This document shows, piece after piece, positions 55,518-64,000 of a stretch of 64,000 nt of DNA. The stretch's first letter is position 1. Each line of letters begins with the position of its first letter. Source of the DNA: a virus (lineage: Duplodnaviria; Caudoviricetes); the IMG/VR virus record IMGVR_UViG_3300005686_000008. One strand, written 5' to 3'. A model generated the notes under the pieces. The model was given only the letters and a program-made list of their open reading frames with translations, did not search any database and was not told the origin of the DNA. The translations under genes and the position numbers were made by a program.

Positions 55518-55796
55518 ATGTTTGAGTTCTTTATAGTAAAAGGCAGCAAAGATGAACCTTTTTACAAAGCATCTGATGATATCTGCTTTCCGGATATACT
55601 GAAAGCTTGGCAACAGATCGCCTATCTCGCTGAAACAAATAATAAAAGGATAACGGATTATTACATAGTAAGACTTGCGGCTACTAACCATGAAGAGATT
55701 ACGCAATGCTTCTGGGCTGCTGCTAATGGACAGGGAGCGAAGATAAAATCGTATAAGGTTCTGAATTCTATAGCCATACATGAGGGAGACCCATGA
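55518..55796 (+). CDS. hypothetical protein
   Basis: SD AAGGAG. Confidence 0.55.
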   Translation: MFEFFIVKGSKDEPFYKASDDICFPDILKAWQQIAYLAETNNKRITDYYIVRLAATNHEEITQCFWAAANGQGAKIKSYKVLNSIAIHEGDP

Positions 55797-56350
55797 TTAG
55801 AAGAAGAGTAAATTTCTATGCAGGGCCTGGCGTAGGTAAATCAACAACCGCTTCTTTTGTTTTTGCCGCGATAAAGAACAAGATTATCCATGAAGGATTA
55901 GATGTTCAGGTTGAACTTGTTCAAGAATACATAAAGTCTTGGGCTTGGGAAGGACGAAAACCAAGAGGATTTGATCAAGTTTATGTTTGCGCAAAGCAAA
56001 TGAGAAGAGAAGAAATTCCTTTACGCAACGGCGTTGATATGGTTATATCAGACTCTCCTCTTCTTCTTCAGTGCGCTTATGCCAAGAAAAACGATGTTCC
56101 ATGCTGGGAACATCTTGTTGGAATGGTTGAAGAGTTTGAAAAGGAATATCCATCTATTCATATCTTCTTGGAAAGGGGGGATAGACCATACGTTGCTAAG
56201 GGTAGATATGAAACCCCAGAGCAGGCGAGAATAATGGATAATTACGTTAGAAGTATGTTGACTCTGTATGCTCCATTTTTTACGAGTGTAAGCTATACAG
56301 ATACGGATAGAATTGTCGAAATGATTATGCCAGAAATAAGGAGCAAATAA
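55793..56350 (+). CDS. P-loop kinase (NadR/AAA_28-like)
   Basis: AGPGVGKST, EYIK.WAW, SDSPLL, GRYET. Confidence 0.7.
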   Translation: MIRRRVNFYAGPGVGKSTTASFVFAAIKNKIIHEGLDVQVELVQEYIKSWAWEGRKPRGFDQVYVCAKQMRREEIPLRNGVDMVISDSPLLLQCAYAKKNDVPCWEHLVGMVEEFEKEYPSIHIFLERGDRPYVAKGRYETPEQARIMDNYVRSMLTLYAPFFTSVSYTDTDRIVEMIMPEIRSK

Positions 56351-56881
56351 ATGTTTAGTATGAATCTTGCAGAAATGATGGTAAGACTTAGCTTTGATCT
56401 TCACGAAATGCAGGCTGGATTTCTCAATCAAGATGAGCAAATCGTTAGAGATAGCATCGTTAAGATGATGATGTCTTTGGAAGAGATTTACACCGAATTC
56501 AGTATCACAGACAGGCAAATGCAAGAGAACCTTGCTCAGTCTCAAGCCTGTTGCGGCGGCGGATGTAGCTGCCAGCCATCTAGCGGAAATGTTCACCCCG
56601 GCTTTTCTGCATACAGTTCAGTTAAACCTCAATCGCCTACTCCCGTTACTCAGCCAACGAAAACTGATAGCGATTGGATAATGGTAGTAAGCTCTAATAT
56701 TGCTGCTATCAAATACGATGATGAGTCAGAGACTCTTTCAGTTAGATTTAAGGACGGAGATGAATATGAATATTTTGATGTTCCTTCCGGTCTATATGAT
56801 GATTTTATGAGCGCTTCGTCTAAGGGAAGATTCTTCCATCAGAATATCAAGGATAATTACTTTTACAACAGGCTGAATTAA
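56351..56881 (+). CDS. KTSC domain protein
   Basis: VVSSNIAAIKYD..LSVRFKDG.EYEYFDVP....MSASSKGRFF. Confidence 0.85.
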   Translation: MFSMNLAEMMVRLSFDLHEMQAGFLNQDEQIVRDSIVKMMMSLEEIYTEFSITDRQMQENLAQSQACCGGGCSCQPSSGNVHPGFSAYSSVKPQSPTPVTQPTKTDSDWIMVVSSNIAAIKYDDESETLSVRFKDGDEYEYFDVPSGLYDDFMSASSKGRFFHQNIKDNYFYNRLN

Positions 56882-57507
56882 TGGAAACGTCAGATATCAT
56901 CATGCGAGCGGCTTTGGCTATGGTTGAAATGGACCCATCTATCAATATAGATGAAGCCAAAAAGAGAATAATGAAGCATACCGGGTTTCCTGCCACAAAG
57001 GAAAACAGAGACAGATCTTATACTCGCCTAAGTTGGGACTCGTATTTTATGTCTCTGGCTTTCCTTGTGGCGATGAGGTCTCCTGATTCTCAAACCCAGC
57101 ATGGTTGCGTTATAGTTGATCCTGATAATAGAGTCATTTCAACTGGCTATAATGGTTTCCTACAAGGCGCTAACGATCTTGAGATGCCAAATAAAAGGCC
57201 CGAGAAATATCAACACATAATCCATTCAGAAGTAAACGCCATACTTGCAGCAAAACAGGATTTGAAAGATTGCATGCTTTATGTTACTGGGCCTCCGTGC
57301 AACGAATGTCTTAAGTTGATAGCGAAGGTTGGAATTAAAAACATTGTGATTGGCGATAGAGGGCATGTAACCTCAGACGGATACTTGGAACTTCATACTC
57401 TTATTTGTTCAATGCATAATATCAATGTAAGAAAGTTTATTGGCAAACTTGCTTATCTTGATGGCAGAGAGATAGAAAAGGACGATTCTGGTTATGCGAA
57501 GCAGTGA
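56881..57507 (+). CDS. dCMP deaminase
   Basis: WDSYFM, RSPD..TQHGC, TGYNG, HSEVNA, PCNEC. Confidence 0.9.
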   Translation: METSDIIMRAALAMVEMDPSINIDEAKKRIMKHTGFPATKENRDRSYTRLSWDSYFMSLAFLVAMRSPDSQTQHGCVIVDPDNRVISTGYNGFLQGANDLEMPNKRPEKYQHIIHSEVNAILAAKQDLKDCMLYVTGPPCNECLKLIAKVGIKNIVIGDRGHVTSDGYLELHTLICSMHNINVRKFIGKLAYLDGREIEKDDSGYAKQ

Positions 57508-57572
57508 GATGTCAACAAGAAGGCTTCTTGAACTAAGAGATCTAGATTCTCTGGTTCTAGACATAGTGCTAA

Positions 57573-57920
57573 ATGGTGAAAAAAACTGTCGATTGGAAAA
57601 TCGGAGTTCCACCTTTTTCGTCAAAAATCGAGTATTCTTGGGCTGTAGCCGAGAAAGTGAATCTGTTTGACACTATAATCGTTGCGAAAAAGGGGTTGGA
57701 ATGGTGGGCTTTCCGTAAGGGAACCGAACAACCAACTCTCTTTGGAGAAGGTCTTGAAAAGGAAATAGACTTGTTAGGACTCAAACCTGTTGCAATGGGT
57801 TTATCCTTTGAAGAAGTAGTTTGTAGAGCATCTCTTGTTTTGGCATCGGATAAGAAAAATGAGCAAACCAGTCGGTCCAATCAACAGTGTAATCGAGAAC
57901 CTGAGAAGGTTAGTTCCTGA
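57573..57920 (+). CDS. hypothetical protein
   Basis: PPFS..I..SWAVAEK..VCRASL pattern. Confidence 0.5.
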   Translation: MVKKTVDWKIGVPPFSSKIEYSWAVAEKVNLFDTIIVAKKGLEWWAFRKGTEQPTLFGEGLEKEIDLLGLKPVAMGLSFEEVVCRASLVLASDKKNEQTSRSNQQCNREPEKVSS

Positions 57921-58842
57921 CCGCGAAGAAAAAATTGCAATCTGTTGTTCAGGCGGGGCTGATTCTATGGCCCTGCTTTTTTGCGCGCAAAAATCAGGTT
58001 ACAACCTTCTTGTTATTCATTGCATGCATGACATGAGGCCATTGACTGAATCTCAAAAAGATAGAGACCTTGTAAGAGACTATTGCAAGTCTCACGATCT
58101 TCCATTTCATGAAGTGAATGTCTTCCTGAAAAACAAGATTCAAAATCCCACGGAAGAAGCGTATAGAGATTGTAGATATGATACAATCAAGAGGATTGCA
58201 AGCTTATATAGAGTAAGCTACGTTGCAACTGGACACCATGCTGATGATCAAATTGAAACAATGATCATGAAACTTTGCAGGGGTTCAGGACTGAGAGGTT
58301 TATCAGGCATTTCTGATAGACTCGTTGATGACGGTTTAATATATATTCGTCCTATGCTAGATATCTCTAAGCAAGATACTTACGATATTTGTAGTTTCAA
58401 CAAAATCCCATATAATGAAGATTCTACTAACAAGGATGTTGACTATACAAGAAATGCTATTCGGCAAAAAGTCCTACCTGTTCTAAAGGGGCTTTTCCCT
58501 AATTGCGCGCAGAAATCAAGCGATGCCGCAAGGATTCTTAGCAACGCGCAAGACCTTGCAAAGAGGTCTTGTTTAGACCTTGCAAAATATGAAACTGTTA
58601 GAGACCACTCCGTAAGCATTCCTACTGCTGCTATGGTTTTGTCTAATGATATTACGATTTATGAATGGCTTAGGGACGCATTCTCTAAAGTCGCAAGTAA
58701 GTCATATGATTCTATTAACAAAGAAAACGTGGATAAGGTAGTTTCAACAATCAGGACAAAAGGTTCAAAGAAGTTTGATTGGCCTTGCAAAGTAAAGGTT
58801 GTTGTAAACAGGAATGAGGTAAAACTAGAGTGTAAAGAATAG
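57859..58842 (+). CDS. tilS: tRNA(Ile)-lysidine synthetase
   Basis: SGGADSMAL, H.MR, R..RY, TGHHADDQIET, RGSGLRGL, RPML, DSTN..YTRNAIR. Confidence 0.9.
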   Translation: MSKPVGPINSVIENLRRLVPDREEKIAICCSGGADSMALLFCAQKSGYNLLVIHCMHDMRPLTESQKDRDLVRDYCKSHDLPFHEVNVFLKNKIQNPTEEAYRDCRYDTIKRIASLYRVSYVATGHHADDQIETMIMKLCRGSGLRGLSGISDRLVDDGLIYIRPMLDISKQDTYDICSFNKIPYNEDSTNKDVDYTRNAIRQKVLPVLKGLFPNCAQKSSDAARILSNAQDLAKRSCLDLAKYETVRDHSVSIPTAAMVLSNDITIYEWLRDAFSKVASKSYDSINKENVDKVVSTIRTKGSKKFDWPCKVKVVVNRNEVKLECKE

Positions 58843-58857
58843 AGTTTTGGAGAAACT

Positions 58858-59766
58858 ATGGAAATCGCATATAAAGAACTATGGGACAACAGGCCTAAAT
58901 CTACAGAAGAATTGATTGATAAATATCTTTATATGACTAATCATACTGACAAAGAAAACTTGTCAGATGCTTTTTTGGGACTTCATGAAGCTATAACTAA
59001 ATTCGATCCTAATAAGGGGATTATGTTTGAAAAATTTGCTCCCCTTTATATCAAAGGAAGAGTTACGGATGGAGTACGTCAAGAAAAGAGATTGAGGGGC
59101 AATGCTATAATCTCTAAGAAAATGAAAGAAAAAGCAAAGGCAGATCAACTTTACAAAGAAACTGGAATAAGAGAACATAGCTCCACTTTCTATATCCAAA
59201 GCATTGATGGGAAAGCGGACTTTGGAGATGAAGACAAAACATTACTTCGTTCTCTTTCTGTAAAAAGAAGTTTGCCCCATCATTCTTTGTGTATTAAGGA
59301 GCTGGAAGATTTTGAATACAAAGTGTATACTCTTGTTACGGAGGGTCATTCTTTACTAAATGTAAGCGAGAGACTTGGAACAACAGAGTTTCATGTAACA
59401 GAGACTGTCAACTCTATCTATTCAAAGTTTTCTGGCAATCTTGAAAATAAACGAATAATAGATCCAAAAGCTAATAGGAAATCCGGTAAAAACTGGATTG
59501 ACTTTGATAAACTAGAAGACTTTTTTGTTTCAGATGTTTTTGATTGTCTGTCTGAAAGAGATAAAAAGATAATTACGCTTATTGTTCAAGGGTATACTTT
59601 TGCAAAGATTTGTAAGATATTCAACATGACACCATCTGGGATTGGCGCTGTTTACAAAAGATGTATGGATTCTCTTACAGATGAAAACGAAAGAAATAAA
59701 ATCATAAACTCTCATAGAAGAAGGATAGCTAATGGAACAAAAGAAGAAAGTCTCGCCAGTTGTTAA
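58858..59766 (+). CDS. RNA polymerase sigma factor-like protein
   Basis: GLHEAITKFDPNKG..FEKFA..YIKG (region 2); two region-4-like HTH segments (LSERDKKII). Confidence 0.7.
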   Translation: MEIAYKELWDNRPKSTEELIDKYLYMTNHTDKENLSDAFLGLHEAITKFDPNKGIMFEKFAPLYIKGRVTDGVRQEKRLRGNAIISKKMKEKAKADQLYKETGIREHSSTFYIQSIDGKADFGDEDKTLLRSLSVKRSLPHHSLCIKELEDFEYKVYTLVTEGHSLLNVSERLGTTEFHVTETVNSIYSKFSGNLENKRIIDPKANRKSGKNWIDFDKLEDFFVSDVFDCLSERDKKIITLIVQGYTFAKICKIFNMTPSGIGAVYKRCMDSLTDENERNKIINSHRRRIANGTKEESLASC

Positions 59767-60598
59767 ATGGCTCATAGAAGAAGGCACCTTCTCCGAAGAC
59801 ATAACCCCTATTGTTGAAGAGATTCGCAATCAAGGAATGGTTGCAGAAACAACTCGCTATAAGCCATTTGAAAGTGGAGAGTACAATCAGTTTGGGGACG
59901 ACGACTGCGTTATAGTTCTTGGTTCTATTAACCTCATTCGTCAAATACAAAAGCAAAAACCCTGGATTCCTGGGTACTTTGCGAACTTCCACAATTTTGA
60001 TTGTCTTTGTTACTATGCTTATTTCGGCGAGTTTCTTTGGAACAAAGACTATTACATCATGCCGCTTGGAGATGTAAAAAGAAGGTTCGATTCCTTACAG
60101 CTCAAGCATGGAAGGCTGTTTATCCGTCCATGTAGCGGAACTAAGAACTTTACTGGTCAGATTCTGGACTACGGAGAACTACTTAGGTATCAAGACCAAT
60201 ACGGTAAACCGGACCTTCCTGTGGTAATTGCTCCTGCATTCGACATAAAGAGCGAGTTCCGTATCTTCTGCTCAGGAAACAGCGTTATTGCTGGTTCGAT
60301 GTATTATAATCAAAATGCGGACTATGAAACGGCTCCTATAGATTTGTCATCCGATGAGAAATATTCTTCTATAGCCGTAAAATACGCCCAGCATATCCTT
60401 GAAAACGTTTCCTGGAGGCCTGATAAGGTTTTCGCTATGGATATCGGGTTAGGTTGCGAAAGATTTGGAGCAGTACCCCAGCTTATCGAGATTAACAGTT
60501 TTAGCTGTAGCGGATGGTATAAGACCCCTCCTGCAAAATTAGTTGCAGAAGCGGCTCGCCTGGCTCGCGAAGAATGGGAAGAAATTAATAATATATAG
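59732..60598 (+). CDS. ATP-grasp domain protein (R2K/DUF4343-like)
   Basis: FIRP...KNFTG, EFRIF, MDIG, IEINSFSCSGWY. Confidence 0.75.
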   Translation: MEQKKKVSPVVKWLIEEGTFSEDITPIVEEIRNQGMVAETTRYKPFESGEYNQFGDDDCVIVLGSINLIRQIQKQKPWIPGYFANFHNFDCLCYYAYFGEFLWNKDYYIMPLGDVKRRFDSLQLKHGRLFIRPCSGTKNFTGQILDYGELLRYQDQYGKPDLPVVIAPAFDIKSEFRIFCSGNSVIAGSMYYNQNADYETAPIDLSSDEKYSSIAVKYAQHILENVSWRPDKVFAMDIGLGCERFGAVPQLIEINSFSCSGWYKTPPAKLVAEAARLAREEWEEINNI

Positions 60599-60668
60599 AA
60601 GGATATTTAACCCTCCTCTGTGAACCAAATTAATAACAATTTGGTGGCTTTTTTACAGAGGAGATACA

Positions 60669-61622
60669 ATGAGGCCGATACCTTGTCTCTTGTCGATTAT
60701 CCTTACTTTCTTAGCCGTATTTTCTGTTGCCAAAGCCGGGGTGACAGTAATACCGTTAAATAGCAATGATAAAAATGCTCAAGACTTCCCGTTTGTTGGA
60801 AGCCTTGTCAATATAAACACTGGAGCATCTGGCTCTGCTGTTGTTATAGGCGATGGAAGTCATATTATTACCGCAAGGCATGTTATAACTCATGATGGAA
60901 CTCAGGAAGGCCTTGTTCTCGAAGGCGCAAACTTCGTATTCACTCTTGAAGGAGAAGGCTTCTTAGTAGAGAGAGTTTTTGCAAACGAATCTTCAGATGT
61001 TGCTATACTTAAACTAATCAAAAAAGCTCCTTGCTCTATAAAGCTTTATAATTCAGAAGATTCTTTGAATAAAGATTTCTACGGAGTTGGATTTGGAAAA
61101 GGCTCAACTATGGCGTGTTCTAATCTTATCATATGGGATCTTCCATATGGAACTAAGAGAATATTTAAGAACACTATCTTGGGTTCCAGGTATGAAATTC
61201 GAATAAGTAATAATAAAATAACGTTAGAGAAAAAACTGTTTTTTGTGCTTAGAGAATCTGGTAATTCTTTTTACAAGCCAATAGAAGGAGAGGGAATGCA
61301 TGGTCCCGGAGACTCTGGCGGCGGTATCTTTATCAACAACAACGGAAATATGGAATTGGTTGCTATTATAAATTCCATCCTCCCTCAGTCTCCTATTGCC
61401 GGTTTTGTAGCTGATCTGTATTACTGTAAGAGTTGGATAGAATCCATTGTTCCAAACTCATTTGCGGATAAGCAATCTATAAAACTAAAAATTGATCCAT
61501 CTATTGTTGCTGGAACAGCAGTTTTTTCTGTTCTTTGTATAAAAAGAGAACAGGTATACGCTATTTATACTTTTACTCGTCGCAAAAAACTTACACTATT
61601 GAAGTCTCGAAGAGTCGCATAA
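60669..61622 (+). CDS. secreted trypsin-like serine protease
   Basis: Signal peptide; ITARH, DVAIL, GDSGGG. Confidence 0.85.
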   Translation: MRPIPCLLSIILTFLAVFSVAKAGVTVIPLNSNDKNAQDFPFVGSLVNINTGASGSAVVIGDGSHIITARHVITHDGTQEGLVLEGANFVFTLEGEGFLVERVFANESSDVAILKLIKKAPCSIKLYNSEDSLNKDFYGVGFGKGSTMACSNLIIWDLPYGTKRIFKNTILGSRYEIRISNNKITLEKKLFFVLRESGNSFYKPIEGEGMHGPGDSGGGIFINNNGNMELVAIINSILPQSPIAGFVADLYYCKSWIESIVPNSFADKQSIKLKIDPSIVAGTAVFSVLCIKREQVYAIYTFTRRKKLTLLKSRRVA

Positions 61623-61720
61623 CCACTTGAAAACAAACGTATTTGCATCGCTTGCCTAAGATTCCTTTGCAGGCTAAACTTTCCTAGAAGAAATGGGAAA
61701 TAGCCTTGAAAGGAATTGCA

Positions 61721-63661
61721 ATGGCAGACACACCCCCAACAAACGCCTATACCGGAGCAAAAATCCAAGTCCTTAAAGGATTGGAAGCGGTGAGGCATCG
61801 TCCAGCGATGTACATTGGTGATACGGAGAAGAAAGGTCTTCATCATCTTATCTGGGAGATTCTTGATAACTCCGTAGATGAAGCAATGGCAGGTTTCGCA
61901 AAGAACATCAATATCGTAATTGAAAAAGATGGAGAAACAATCTCTGTAGAGGATGATGGAAGAGGTATTCCTGTTGATATGCATCCAACGGAGCATAAGT
62001 CTTCGCTGGAAGTCGCAATGACGGTTCTCCATGCTGGCGGAAAGATGACTTCTGATTCCAGCGGCTATGTTGCTTCTGGCGGTCTACATGGCGTTGGAGC
62101 GTCTTGCGTAAATGCTTTGTCTGACAAAATGACTGTTGAAGTCTGGAGAGATGGTCATTTATGGAAACAGGAATATTCTAGAGGAGAACCTTTGGCTAAG
62201 GTGTCAAAGGTTTGTAAACTCGATAAGCACGATAAGCAAAATGGCACTAAATCAACTTGGCATGCTGATGGCCAGATTTTCAAGCATAGCGTAAAACTTG
62301 ATGAAAGCGAAATCCTTCGTCGTCTTCGTGAAACTGCATTCTTGAATCGTGGCCTTAAGATTTCATTCAATAATCTTGCAACAGGCACGAAACTCGATTT
62401 CAAGTTTGATGGAGGCATTGGCGATTATGTTCTCTATCTTGTTCAAGGCAAGAATGGCATTTATCCAGACGCTCCTATTTATGGACAGAAAACATTGGAT
62501 GGGATGCAAGTAGAAGTGGCCCTGTCCTGGACGGATGAAGATGATAGTTTGATTTTTTCTTATGCCAACAACATTCATACTGTTGATGGAGGAACCCATC
62601 TATCTGGTTTCAAAACATCTTTGACCAGAACGATCAATAAGATTGGGTATTCGAGCGGAAACCTCAAAGAAAAAGATGAAAGCCTTGAAGGTAGAGACAT
62701 TCAAGAGGGTCTAACAGCTATTGTTAGCATTCGCCTTCCTCAACCTCAATTCGTTGGTCAAACGAAGGCAAAACTAGGTACAGTTGAAGCAGAAGCCATT
62801 GTTAGTACGGTTACTGCTGATGTTCTTACTGACTTCCTTGAACGCAATCCAAAATCTCTTGAGAGAATCGTTGAAAGAGCGCAACTTTCCCAACGCGCAA
62901 GAAAAGCAGCAAAGGATGCCGCTTCTGCTTTGAAGAAGAAAAGTTTCCTTGGAAGTAGCGGAAGAATTCCTGGTAAACTTAGGGATTGCCGTAGTGGAGA
63001 CGTAACTATCAATGAACTCTTCATTGTAGAAGGCGACTCTGCTGCTGGTTCTGCCAGCGGCGGAAGAGATAGCGAAGTACAAGCGATCTTGTCCAATAAA
63101 GGCAAGATTATCAACGCTGAAAAGTGTACAATCAATGACCTGTTCAAGAATGATGAAATTATCAATTTGATGCTTTGCATCGGTACTGGCGTAAGAGACC
63201 AGTTTGATCTTAGCAAGTTGAAGTACGGCAAAATCATCATCATGTCGGACGCCGATGATGACGGCTACCATATCCGTACATTGTTGCTTACGTTCTTCTA
63301 CCGCTTTATGCGTCCGCTTGTTGAGCATGGTCATGTTTATGTTGCTCAGGCCCCGCTTTATATGATTGATAGGAAGAATGATCCGGTTTACTGCTGGACA
63401 GATAAAGAACTTCAAGAAAGTCTTTCTACCATTGGCGCTAAGCATGACGTTAAGCGTTTCAAGGGTCTTGGCGAAATGGATGCCGAGCAGCTTGCGGAAA
63501 CAACAATGAGGAAGGGGAAGAGAAGGCTTTTGCAGGTTACTATGGAAGACGCCGCAGAAGCCGAACGACTTTTGACCGTACTCATGGGGAAAAATGTCGC
63601 TCTTCGCAGGCAACACATCACTGAGAATGTAAATAATTCCGCCGTTAACGTTGAGGTATAA
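61721..63661 (+). CDS. gyrB: DNA gyrase/type IIA topoisomerase subunit B
   Basis: RPAMYIG, EILDNSVDE, DDGRGIP, GGLHGVG, VEGDSA, SDADDDG, RFKGLGEM. Confidence 0.95.
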   Translation: MADTPPTNAYTGAKIQVLKGLEAVRHRPAMYIGDTEKKGLHHLIWEILDNSVDEAMAGFAKNINIVIEKDGETISVEDDGRGIPVDMHPTEHKSSLEVAMTVLHAGGKMTSDSSGYVASGGLHGVGASCVNALSDKMTVEVWRDGHLWKQEYSRGEPLAKVSKVCKLDKHDKQNGTKSTWHADGQIFKHSVKLDESEILRRLRETAFLNRGLKISFNNLATGTKLDFKFDGGIGDYVLYLVQGKNGIYPDAPIYGQKTLDGMQVEVALSWTDEDDSLIFSYANNIHTVDGGTHLSGFKTSLTRTINKIGYSSGNLKEKDESLEGRDIQEGLTAIVSIRLPQPQFVGQTKAKLGTVEAEAIVSTVTADVLTDFLERNPKSLERIVERAQLSQRARKAAKDAASALKKKSFLGSSGRIPGKLRDCRSGDVTINELFIVEGDSAAGSASGGRDSEVQAILSNKGKIINAEKCTINDLFKNDEIINLMLCIGTGVRDQFDLSKLKYGKIIIMSDADDDGYHIRTLLLTFFYRFMRPLVEHGHVYVAQAPLYMIDRKNDPVYCWTDKELQESLSTIGAKHDVKRFKGLGEMDAEQLAETTMRKGKRRLLQVTMEDAAEAERLLTVLMGKNVALRRQHITENVNNSAVNVEV

Positions 63662-63665
63662 TAAG

Positions 63666-64000
63666 ATGGCAAAGAGAAAGCCCCACAACCCCGAACTAGA
63701 CCTTCCTGATACCATTGAGCAGATGGAATTCAGCAAAGTCATTGATGGAGCGTTTACAAAATACGCTTATAAGGTCATTGAAGACCGAGCGATTCCTGAT
63801 GCTCGCGACGGAATGAAACCGTCTCAGCGCAGGATTTTGTACGCTATGGACCAACTTGGATTGGCTCCAACAAAGAAGCATATGAAGTGCGCCAAGATCG
63901 TCGGCGAGACGATGGGTAACTACCACCCGCATGGAAACTTGGCCCTTTATGGAACGCTTGTGGGCATGGCTCAGCCTTGGGGGATTAGGACTCCCCTCGT
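63666..64000 (+). CDS. gyrA: DNA gyrase/type IIA topoisomerase subunit A (5' part, truncated by window)
   Basis: RAIPDARDGMKPSQRRILYAM..KCAKIVGETMGNYHPHG (read by hand; not in ORF track). Confidence 0.92.
   Translation, partial: MAKRKPHNPELDLPDTIEQMEFSKVIDGAFTKYAYKVIEDRAIPDARDGMKPSQRRILYAMDQLGLAPTKKHMKCAKIVGETMGNYHPHGNLALYGTLVGMAQPWGIRTPL

Noticed and set aside
1-64000. Genome-wide TAG reassignment (code 15)
   Set aside because: Long conserved genes have no internal TAG and several (uvsE, tilS, NADAR, SpoU) end at TAG at the expected length; only the Pth2-like gene has internal TAGs

Overview
A gene-dense, AT-rich segment coded almost entirely on the + strand. It is most consistent with a jumbo/huge bacteriophage genome. 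Inference from the porin, ClpC-like N-termini, LysRS and prepilin-like genes points tentatively to a Planctomycetota-like host. The window carries a tail-fibre/structural block (5.4-12.6 kb) and auxiliary metabolic genes (GS type II, PurA-like, APS kinase fusion, porin, dCMP deaminase). It also has NAD/ADP-ribose genes (WGR-PARP, NADAR, CinA-like + nucleotidyltransferase), gyrB and a partial gyrA, a sigma factor and three standalone HNH endonucleases. The tRNA/translation toolkit is unusually rich: 8 tRNAs including an amber (CUA) suppressor, a minimal ~210-nt RNase P RNA, LysRS, TilS, a SpoU methylase and an HNH-RNA ligase. Highlight 1: a ro60 (TROVE) gene preceded by a tandem array of four Y-RNA-like elements, one a circularly permuted tRNA chimera, plus a Ro-site-like hairpin next to its own RBS. 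Highlight 2: a Pth2-like peptidyl-tRNA hydrolase gene missed by the ORF track. It has two in-frame TAG codons, lies downstream of a structured RNA and 2.7 kb from the amber suppressor tRNA, and stays open in frame across a codon-aligned antisense HNH gene. Highlight 3: a tRNA-Arg gene split by an HNH cassette that brings a replacement tRNA-Arg. All calls are by eye; no searches were run.
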